Origin: Alphaproteobacteria bacterium
GTDB taxonomy: Bacteria; Pseudomonadota; Alphaproteobacteria; RF32; CAG-239
Assembly: GCA_017937705.1 (NCBI GenBank)
Contig: JAGBDC010000023.1
Location: 2,944-66,943 of the forward strand
DNA: 64,000 nt
Direction of reading: 5' to 3'
The notes below the pieces were generated by a model, which was given only the letters and a program-made list of their open reading frames with translations, was not told the DNA's origin and searched no databases. Positions 9,853 to 18,284 of the stretch are shown piece by piece. Position numbers and translations under genes: made by a program. How positions within the stretch are numbered: position 1 is the stretch's first letter; each line of letters opens with the position of its first letter.

Positions 9853-11841
9853 TTAAATATCCAAATCATCCACAAATTTAGCACGTTCTACTATAAACTT
9901 AAAACGCAGTTCCGGATTTTTGCCCATAATTCTCTCTACTTGGCGACGGGTTTCAAAGGCTTCTTCTTTTCCCTCTTCCGTTCCCGTATCCGGTAACATA
10001 ACTCTTAACAACGTGCGTTTTGTTTTATCCATTGTTGTTTCTTTTAACTGTTGGGCACTCATCTCTCCCAAACCTTTAAAACGGCTAATATCAGCTTTTG
10101 CATTACCTTTCAAGACTTTTTTTAAGATATGCTCTTTATCGTCATCATCAAGAGCATAATAGTTCTTGCCTCCGGCGGCTATCTTATAAAGCGGAGGGGT
10201 GGCAATAAACAAATGTCCGTTTTCGATAAGACGAGGCATTTGTTGATAGAAAAAGGTCATCAGCAACGATGTAATATGGGCTCCGTCAACATCAGCATCG
10301 GTCATGATAATTATTTTTTCGTAGCGTAGATTATCTTCCTTATAATCATCTTTAATTCCGCACCCGAGAGCTTCTATCATATCTTTAATTTCTTGATTTT
10401 GAGCAATTTTATCAAGAGAAGCAGCGGCAACGTTCAATATTTTTCCGCGTAAAGGCAGAATCGCCTGCGTTGCTCTGTCTCGTCCCTGTTTTGCAGAACC
10501 TCCCGCAGAATCTCCCTCAACAATAAAAATCTCGGTATCTTCGGCAGAATTACGAGAACAATCAGCAAGTTTTCCCGGAAGACGTAGGCGTTTTGTCGGA
10601 GTTTTGCGAAGTTGAACTTTTTCTTCTTTCTTTTTGCGACGAAATTCTGAACGAGCAATAACATAGTCTAACAAAGCGGAAGCATTTTCAACATCGGAAG
10701 AAAGCCAGTGGTCAAAAACATCTTTTACAGCTTGTTCAACTAATTTTGTTGCTTTACTTGACGTTAATTTATCTTTTGTTTGTCCCTGAAATTCGGGATC
10801 ACGAATAAACACTGATAACATTATGCAAGCATCACTTAAAAAGTCTTCGTTCGTGACATTTGAGGCTTTTTTGATATTTGCCATTTCGCCATATTCTTTA
10901 AGCCCGCGTAACATTGCAGACTTAAAGCCCATTTCATGAGTTCCGCCCTGCGGAGTAATGACTGTGTTACAATATGAATGGCAAAATCCGTTTTCATCTT
11001 CTGGCCAAGTAACCGCCCATTCAACCTTTCCTTCGTCATTAGCAAGTTGAGACTCGCCGGTAAAAGCTTTACGGTTTACTGTTGTTCTACTGCCAATTTG
11101 ATAATTTAAAAAATCTTTCAAACCATCCGGAAAATGCAATTCATTTTCAACAGGAGTCTGCTCACCTTCTCCTATAAGTTCGGGAGCACATTTCCACATA
11201 ATGTGAATACCTTTGAACAAAAATGCTTTAGAACGCGCCATACGATATAGCTTATTTGGCACAAAGCAACAATTTGTTCCAAATATTTCCGGATCGGGAC
11301 GGAAAGTAATACTGGTTCCGCGACGATTAGAAACAGGTCCTACCAACTCCAATGGCCCCAAAGGCTTTCCTTTTGCGTAGCATTGACGATAAAGCTTTTT
11401 CTCTCTTGCTACTTCGATAGTCATGGTTTCGGACAATGCATTAACAACTGATGAACCTACACCATGCAAACCGCCGGAAACTTTATATGCCCCTCCCCCG
11501 AATTTTCCGCCGGAGTGAAGCATTGTCATAATAACTTCCAATGCGGATTTATTCGGATATTTAGGATGTGCATCAACCGGAATACCACGTCCGTTATCAG
11601 TAATTGTTAAAGAATAGTCAGCATTAAGAGAAAGCTCGATTTTAGTTGCATAACCGGCAACAGCCTCATCCATTGAGTTGTCCAAAATTTCTGCTGCCAA
11701 ATGGTGTAAAGCTTGTTCATCCGTACCACCGATATACATACCTGGACGAGCACGAACGGCTTCTAATCCTTCCAATACTTGAATATCTTGAGCTGAATAT
11801 GAGCTTGTAGCGGTTGTTCCGCTTTCAAATAAATCCGTCAT
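9853..11841 (-). CDS. parE: DNA topoisomerase IV subunit B
   Basis: VLEGLEAVRARPGMYIG, GHKL ATPase, EGDSAGGS, PLRGKILNV, MTDADVDG; 662 aa without the GyrB insertion. Confidence 0.92.
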   Translation of the reverse strand: MTDLFESGTTATSSYSAQDIQVLEGLEAVRARPGMYIGGTDEQALHHLAAEILDNSMDEAVAGYATKIELSLNADYSLTITDNGRGIPVDAHPKYPNKSALEVIMTMLHSGGKFGGGAYKVSGGLHGVGSSVVNALSETMTIEVAREKKLYRQCYAKGKPLGPLELVGPVSNRRGTSITFRPDPEIFGTNCCFVPNKLYRMARSKAFLFKGIHIMWKCAPELIGEGEQTPVENELHFPDGLKDFLNYQIGSRTTVNRKAFTGESQLANDEGKVEWAVTWPEDENGFCHSYCNTVITPQGGTHEMGFKSAMLRGLKEYGEMANIKKASNVTNEDFLSDACIMLSVFIRDPEFQGQTKDKLTSSKATKLVEQAVKDVFDHWLSSDVENASALLDYVIARSEFRRKKKEEKVQLRKTPTKRLRLPGKLADCSRNSAEDTEIFIVEGDSAGGSAKQGRDRATQAILPLRGKILNVAAASLDKIAQNQEIKDMIEALGCGIKDDYKEDNLRYEKIIIMTDADVDGAHITSLLMTFFYQQMPRLIENGHLFIATPPLYKIAAGGKNYYALDDDDKEHILKKVLKGNAKADISRFKGLGEMSAQQLKETTMDKTKRTLLRVMLPDTGTEEGKEEAFETRRQVERIMGKNPELRFKFIVERAKFVDDLDI

Positions 11842-11986
11842 CTTTAACCTTTGAAAACTTTATAAAATCTGCCCATAAATTAGACTAAAACTCTATGCTT
11901 GGCAAGGTATTTTTATAAATTACCCAATAGAAACGATCTATCATTTTACAAATAAACTATTACTTGGATTAATGACTTCTCTTTTT

Positions 11987-12239
11987 GTCATCAAGAAAAG
12001 CGATAGCGACGTGGTAATCCATAGAGGTTATAAGGCATATATTTTCTAGATTGCTTCGCAAGGACTTTGTCCGCTCGCAATGACAATTTTTTCTGTCATT
12101 ACAAGGAGCGGTAGCGACGTGGTAATTTCATTTCTGCACTGTCATTGCGAGAAAATTTTTAATTTTCGTGGCAATCCAGTTAAAAGAATATGCTTTTTTG
12201 TTCTGGATTGCTTCGCAAGACTTCGGCGCTCGCAATGAC
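11987..12239. repeat. Cluster of GTCATTGCGA...GCAATCC / GGATTGC...TCGCAATGAC palindromic (REP/MITE-like) repeats
   Basis: Units at 11987-12084, ~12095-12128 (half), 12141-12239. Confidence 0.8.
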
Positions 12240-12240
12240 A

Positions 12241-12271
12241 AAAGGAGGCAAGTAAAAACTTGCCTCCTTTT
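12241..12271 (-). terminator. Terminator of autotransporter 1
   Basis: aaaggaggcaagt-aaaa-acttgcctccttt. Confidence 0.85.
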
Positions 12272-12297
12272 GTTGTTAGTTACCATAGAACTGGCTT

Positions 12298-15200
12298 TTA
12301 CCAACTGTAGTTTACACCGGCACCGAGAGAGGTGGCATCATAGTCTGAGCCGAAGGTGTAGTTTGCCCAACCGTAGGCTGACCAGTTGTCATTGAAACCA
12401 TAGTTGCCGCCGATTTCAATTCTGCCTAAGGTTTTATCATCAATAGTATCAACTTTACCAAGTTCGGTTATGTCTATTTCATCGCCATCAACCAAGGTTT
12501 GAACTACACTCGGTTTGACGTACAATGAATAGAAACCGTCATCGGTATATTGAGTATGAGCAAATTTTGCTCCGGCCTCCAATTCAACTTGTTTCAAGTC
12601 GTTATATTCTACTGTTTTACCGGCACTGTCGGTTGCATCATCATAGCTGATTTGTGAGTAGAATACACCTAAACTCGGGGTTACCGATAAGGTTCTGCTT
12701 AAAGCATAGTTATATCCACCCTCAATACTTCCGCCAAATTCTATACCGTCAGTATCAGCGGATATACCGTCATCGGTTTTGATTTCGGCATTTTGCATAC
12801 CACCATAAACAGTTGCAAAAGCATACCAGTTATTATGGTCATAACGATAATATAAACCGGCTAAATAACTGTCGATATCAATTTCACTTCCGATTGTAGA
12901 GTAATATTTTTTGCCTTTACCGTCCATTTCGTAGTTACCTTGACGATATGATGCGAAAATACCGAGTTTGTTATTTAAGTCATGTTGAATATCTGCACCG
13001 GCTTCAATACCCCAGACATTAGCATCAATCTCTACCGGAGCTTCGATTGTTAAGCCATTGTAGGTTGTATCTACCCAAGCATTATGAAAAGCTTTGCCAT
13101 CCCAGTTATAGTCATAGAAACCGCACCCTGGACAGAACAAACGATTTACACCAACCTTACGCATAATATTATAAACCATGCCGTTGGTTTGAGCTAAACC
13201 GGCATTCGGCAAAGTCTCAAATCCGATGATTTCAGGTGCTACTTCTGTTGGACCGTCAGGTTGATAATCCGGATTTTCTTTAGCATCAGATTCAAAATAC
13301 CATTTGTTCTCATTTTCAGAAGAACTTTGATGTTTCACTTCATACATATACGGACTTTTATATACACGAGAGATTTCGAAAGATTTCTCATTACCCGTGC
13401 TATCGTTTACGGATTCCGCAAAAACAATTTTACCATTGAGGTCATCGTTTGATGTCGCATGAACAACGAGTTTTGTTGTTCCTTCAACATTACCGTCAAT
13501 AGTCAATTTATCTGATTTCATTTTAACTGGATCAACATCTATATGCAATGTTCCGTTATCAGAATAAAGACCTGATATTTTGATTTCATCAATTACCAAG
13601 TTGGCAAAATTTAAATTACCGCCGATCATATTAATTTTATTAAAATTATAGCTTGCAATTTTGTCACTTATACTAGAAAGCACAACACGTCTTTCCTGAT
13701 TGCTTTTAGCCGATGAAATTGTAAGATTACCGCCGTTAATATTTAATTCTCCGACATTTTCGATTGTAGAGTTAACAATAACTTCTCCGTCGCCCTCTAC
13801 TGTCAGTTTGTAGCCTTTGTCACCATCAATACCATCATTGAAGATAATTTCTCCGCCATTGACAGCAGAAAGAAGTAAGGTAGATGAACTACTGTTGTAT
13901 ATATCATTGTCTTTATCATTTGCCATATTTCCGCTGAAAACAGATTGATAATTATCAGCAACGATTGTTAAATCTCCGCTATTATATATAGCACCGCCTA
14001 AAGCTGCTTTACCTATTGCTTTATTATTAGCAAACGAACTGTTAGTTAAAACTCCATCCACAGCATTCGCAATGGCTCCGCCCATAGCTGTACCATTATC
14101 TGCTTGAGATATGTTATTTGTAAAAGTAGCATTTGTTATTTCAAATGATTTCTGATCTACTCCTCCGACAGCAGCTAATGCTTCTTCATAAGTTGCAAAA
14201 CCGCCAAAATCTTGGATAATTGCATTAGTATACATTTCAATAAATTCTTCTAAAGTAACAATATTACCATCTGGGTCATAGAAATTACCATCTGAAGCCT
14301 TTAACCAATCAGATGAAATATTTTCTCCCAACCCTAAAGGGTTAATAAAAATAAAAGCAATCGCCCCACCGGTCGAATCATGATCAGTTGCAATAGCTTT
14401 ATTGCTATCAAACTTCACATCATTAAAACTTTGTGTTTTTGTAGTATAACCAGCAAACAATGTCAAATACACAGGACCAATAACATAATTCGGGTCATTA
14501 TCAACAGTTGCTTCAATTTTTATAATATCGGAATAAGAAGAACTGTATATAGCACCGCCTTCGGCACTTTTTCCTTGAGCTAAGTTATTATATATATTTC
14601 CGGAAATATTTTTTACGTTACTCAATTCGTTACCATATAAGAAACCACCCATGGCCGAATCATCTGTAGATATAGCTTTATTTCCGCTGATATTTTGTGA
14701 TTTTATGGAACCAATTTCACTCATATTATAAATTGCACCACCATAGGCATAACCACCTGAAGACGTAGCATAGTTGCCGATAAAGTCTCCGGTAATGTCG
14801 CTAATAGTTGCGTTATTTCCATTAGAAATAGCCCCACCGTAGGCATAACCACCGGCAGCAGATGCATAGTTCCCGATAAAGTCGCCGGTAATATTGCCGA
14901 TGGTGCTATCGTAATTAGAAATCGCTCCGCCATAGACAGTACCACCTGAAGCATAGTTGCCGATAAAATTACCGGTGATATTGCCTATACTAGCATCATT
15001 ACCATTAAAAATTGCACCACCCCAGACATAACTACCTGAAGCATAGTTGCCGATAAAGTCTCCGGTGATGTCGCCGGTAGTACCACCACTATTATAAATC
15101 GCACCGCCATAGCCATAACTACCTGAAGACGTTGCATAGTTACCTATAAAGTCTCCGGTTATATCGCCGATGGTGTAATCGTAATTATAAATAGCTCCAC

Positions 15201-17742
15201 CATAAGCAAAATTACGCGAAGACGTAGCATAGTTGCCGATGAAATCGCCTTTTATATTACCGATGGTCGTGTTTACAGTAACCGAGCCGTAATCATAGGC
15301 ATAGTTAGCAATTGCACCGCCATAAGCAGCAGATGGACTTCCGTTAGTAGATGCGTAGTTTCCTATAAAATCTCCCTCTATATCGCCGATGGTCGTGTTT
15401 ACAGTAACCGAGCCGGTTCCCGTTGAATAAGCATAGGCATAGTTAGCAATTGCACCGCCATAAGCAGCAGATGAACTTCCGTTAGCAGATGCGTAGTTTC
15501 CTATAAAATCGCCTTTTATATTACCGATGGTCGTGTTTGCAGTAACCGAGCCGGTTCCCGTTGATTTAGCATAAGCATAGTTAGCAATTGCACCACCATA
15601 AGCAGTAGATGAACTTCCGGTAGATGCGTAGTTTCCTATAAAATCGCCTTCTATATCGCCGATGGTTGCTGTTGATGTACTGTTAGAAGAACTTGATGTT
15701 TTCATATAGTTAGCAATAGCACCACCATAGACTTTATGATAACTGCCGGAAGATGTAGCATAGTTGCCGATAAAGTCTCCAGTTATGCCCGTAGTAGCGC
15801 CGATGGTTCCACCGCTATTATATATAGCTCCGCCACCGCTTGTTAAACTGCTGCTACTTGTACCGCTGCCGGAAGATGTAGCATAGTTGCCGATAAAGTC
15901 TCCGGTAATGTCGCCGATGGTACCACTACCATTATTATAAATAGCACCACCATGAGCATTACCACCTAAAGCATAGTTGCCGATAAAGTCTCCGGTGATG
16001 TCGCCTATACTAGCACCAATAGCATTATAAATAGCTCCACCATGAGCATAACTACCCGAAGACGTAGCATAGTTGCCGATAAAGTCTCCGGTAATATCGC
16101 CAATAGTTGCTTCGAATTGATTAAAAATAGCACCACCATCGACAATAGATGAACTAGATACATAATTACCTATAAAGTCGCCGGTGATGTCGCCGATGGC
16201 GCCATCACTATTATAAATCGCACCACCATAGACGATACGACTATAACTTCCGGTAGTAGATGCATAGTTGCCGATAAAGTCGCCGGTGATGTCGCCGATG
16301 GTGCCCTTGTAATTATAAATAGCACCACCATGAGCATTACCACCTAAAGCATAGTTGCCGATAAAGTCTCCGGTGATGTCGCCGATGGTACCACTATTAT
16401 AAATAGCACCGCCATAGGCATAACTACCTGAAGACGTAGCATAATTACCGATAAAGTCACCGGTTATATTACCTATGGTGGCGGTACTACCACTATTATA
16501 AATAGCACCGCCATAGGCATTACCACCTAAAGCATAGTTGCCGATAAAGTCTCCGGTGATGTTGCCAATACTACCGGCATAATTATAAATAGCACCACCC
16601 AAGGTAGCACCACCTGAAGCATAGTTGCCGATAAAGTCTCCGGTAATGTCGCCGATGGTTGCTATACTACCACTATTATAAATAGCCCCCCCATAAGCAA
16701 AACTGGTTGAGGTTACACTATTTCCAATAAAATCAGCTTTTATGCTTATACTTGAATTGTCTTTATCGTAATTATATATTGCTCCACCACTTGAAGTTGA
16801 ACCTGAGCTTATATTACTAAACACTACATCAGTTACATCTGAGGTTGCCAAGGTATTATTAATTCTTTCTGAAATTGTAGAATATCCGTTAGGTGCGGAA
16901 TATGAATATTGAAAATATTTTGTTTGATTGTTAGGTAATTTTACGGCAATAACATTGCCTTCGTCTTTTTTAGTTTCATCTACTTCGGTCCAAGAAATGT
17001 TTGAACTTGTGGATAACTTGTCCTTATTTATATCTATTTTATAATATTTCGTGGTCAAGTTGCCATCTGCATCAGCTTCTTGTGTTGTAAAATTATAATC
17101 TGTTTCAGAGCCTGTGCCATAAGAAAAGCTACTATTAGGAATTGCATTTGTATTAAAACTATATTTTGTACCATTATACTCAAAAATACCGTTTGTATCT
17201 TCTATCAAACTTCCGGCGGAAGTTCCTGCTAAAATACTTAATAAACTTGCATCATCTCCGCTCGGTATAAAATAATATACAACTCCGTTTATTGTTACTT
17301 CTTTCGCACCTTCGGGAAGTGTGTTTTCACCTAATTCGGTCAAAGCATAATTTCCGCTCAAACTTCCGGATTCAGTTTTTAACATATCAAGTATGGGATT
17401 TAGTGTTACGGTAGATTTCACTGCATATTGATAATATCTTGTATCTTCATTTGGTAATTGTACTGCAATAACATTGCTTTCATCTTTTTTAGTTTCATCA
17501 ACTTCGGTCCAAGAAATGTTTGAACTTGTGGATAACTTGTCCTTATTTATATCTATTTTATAATATTTCGTGGTTAAGTTGCCATTTGCATCAGCTTCTT
17601 GTGTTGTAAAATTATAATCTGTTTCTTTACCTTCGCTATAAGATATAACACCATCTTCTAAAGTCGGCTCTAATGTTATAGCCATCGCTGATGTTGATAA
17701 AAATGTGGTGGCTAAAAGAATGGGGAATGCATTGTATTTCAT
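12298..17742 (-). CDS. Large autotransporter adhesin with Pmp-like GGAI/FxGN repeats
   Basis: Signal peptide; about 20 GDFIGNYA...GGAIYN repeats; C-terminal beta-barrel ending GVNYSW. Confidence 0.9.
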   Translation of the reverse strand: MKYNAFPILLATTFLSTSAMAITLEPTLEDGVISYSEGKETDYNFTTQEADANGNLTTKYYKIDINKDKLSTSSNISWTEVDETKKDESNVIAVQLPNEDTRYYQYAVKSTVTLNPILDMLKTESGSLSGNYALTELGENTLPEGAKEVTINGVVYYFIPSGDDASLLSILAGTSAGSLIEDTNGIFEYNGTKYSFNTNAIPNSSFSYGTGSETDYNFTTQEADADGNLTTKYYKIDINKDKLSTSSNISWTEVDETKKDEGNVIAVKLPNNQTKYFQYSYSAPNGYSTISERINNTLATSDVTDVVFSNISSGSTSSGGAIYNYDKDNSSISIKADFIGNSVTSTSFAYGGAIYNSGSIATIGDITGDFIGNYASGGATLGGAIYNYAGSIGNITGDFIGNYALGGNAYGGAIYNSGSTATIGNITGDFIGNYATSSGSYAYGGAIYNSGTIGDITGDFIGNYALGGNAHGGAIYNYKGTIGDITGDFIGNYASTTGSYSRIVYGGAIYNSDGAIGDITGDFIGNYVSSSSIVDGGAIFNQFEATIGDITGDFIGNYATSSGSYAHGGAIYNAIGASIGDITGDFIGNYALGGNAHGGAIYNNGSGTIGDITGDFIGNYATSSGSGTSSSSLTSGGGAIYNSGGTIGATTGITGDFIGNYATSSGSYHKVYGGAIANYMKTSSSSNSTSTATIGDIEGDFIGNYASTGSSSTAYGGAIANYAYAKSTGTGSVTANTTIGNIKGDFIGNYASANGSSSAAYGGAIANYAYAYSTGTGSVTVNTTIGDIEGDFIGNYASTNGSPSAAYGGAIANYAYDYGSVTVNTTIGNIKGDFIGNYATSSRNFAYGGAIYNYDYTIGDITGDFIGNYATSSGSYGYGGAIYNSGGTTGDITGDFIGNYASGSYVWGGAIFNGNDASIGNITGNFIGNYASGGTVYGGAISNYDSTIGNITGDFIGNYASAAGGYAYGGAISNGNNATISDITGDFIGNYATSSGGYAYGGAIYNMSEIGSIKSQNISGNKAISTDDSAMGGFLYGNELSNVKNISGNIYNNLAQGKSAEGGAIYSSSYSDIIKIEATVDNDPNYVIGPVYLTLFAGYTTKTQSFNDVKFDSNKAIATDHDSTGGAIAFIFINPLGLGENISSDWLKASDGNFYDPDGNIVTLEEFIEMYTNAIIQDFGGFATYEEALAAVGGVDQKSFEITNATFTNNISQADNGTAMGGAIANAVDGVLTNSSFANNKAIGKAALGGAIYNSGDLTIVADNYQSVFSGNMANDKDNDIYNSSSSTLLLSAVNGGEIIFNDGIDGDKGYKLTVEGDGEVIVNSTIENVGELNINGGNLTISSAKSNQERRVVLSSISDKIASYNFNKINMIGGNLNFANLVIDEIKISGLYSDNGTLHIDVDPVKMKSDKLTIDGNVEGTTKLVVHATSNDDLNGKIVFAESVNDSTGNEKSFEISRVYKSPYMYEVKHQSSSENENKWYFESDAKENPDYQPDGPTEVAPEIIGFETLPNAGLAQTNGMVYNIMRKVGVNRLFCPGCGFYDYNWDGKAFHNAWVDTTYNGLTIEAPVEIDANVWGIEAGADIQHDLNNKLGIFASYRQGNYEMDGKGKKYYSTIGSEIDIDSYLAGLYYRYDHNNWYAFATVYGGMQNAEIKTDDGISADTDGIEFGGSIEGGYNYALSRTLSVTPSLGVFYSQISYDDATDSAGKTVEYNDLKQVELEAGAKFAHTQYTDDGFYSLYVKPSVVQTLVDGDEIDITELGKVDTIDDKTLGRIEIGGNYGFNDNWSAYGWANYTFGSDYDATSLGAGVNYSW

Positions 17743-17771
17743 CGGGAAATCTCCGGTTTAGTTTAAACATA

Positions 17772-17862
17772 ATTAAACGTACATTTATTTGGAACACGAT
17801 TTTTCTTCTGCAAGCCTTGGTTTTTTGTCTTGATTTTTGACTCAAATAAATGTACGTATAAT
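17772..17862. promoter_or_regulatory. Inverted repeat pair upstream of autotransporter 1
   Basis: acgtacatttatttg (17777-17791) / caaataaatgtacgt (17843-17857), perfect 15 bp, 51 bp apart. Confidence 0.6.
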
Positions 17863-18010
17863 CGGAACACGTACACTTATAACATATTGTTTTAATGTGA
17901 GAAAATTTTTAACACTTCCCCAACAAACCTCAAAATGCTCTTATTTTTTGCATTTTCTTGTGAAAAATACTTCTTTTTATTGCAGATAAACTCAGATTTT
18001 TTCCTTTCTC

Positions 18011-18230
18011 GTCATTGCGAACGACGAAGTCTTGTGAAGCAATCCAGAATAAAAAGGCTTATTATTTTATACTGGATTACCACGTCGCTATCGCTCCTCG
18101 TAATGACGGGATGGGCTGTAGATTGCCACGAAAATCAAAGAATTTCTTGCAATGCCAGAAAAACAGAAGCCTTCCCGTAATGATAAGAAATAAAATTGAT
18201 TGTTATGTTGTTGATACTTTTTGTAATGAC
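18011..18230. repeat. Second cluster of the same palindromic repeat family
   Basis: Full unit 18011-18107 plus degenerate halves; near reverse complements of the 12 kb cluster. Confidence 0.8.
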
Positions 18231-18284
18231 GAAAAAGACACCGAGTTAAAATCGGTGCCTTTTATTCGCATAATGACATTTTAT

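Noticed and set aside
9853-11841. gyrB call
   Set aside because: Length and lack of the proteobacterial GyrB insertion fit ParE
14725-16790. CRISPR or DGR-type repeat system
   Set aside because: Repeats are in-frame coding units; no reverse transcriptase in the window and no adenine-specific TR/VR pair noticed
17763-17776. CtrA box upstream of the adhesin
   Set aside because: TTAA-N6-TTAA spacing does not match TTAA-N7-TTAAC
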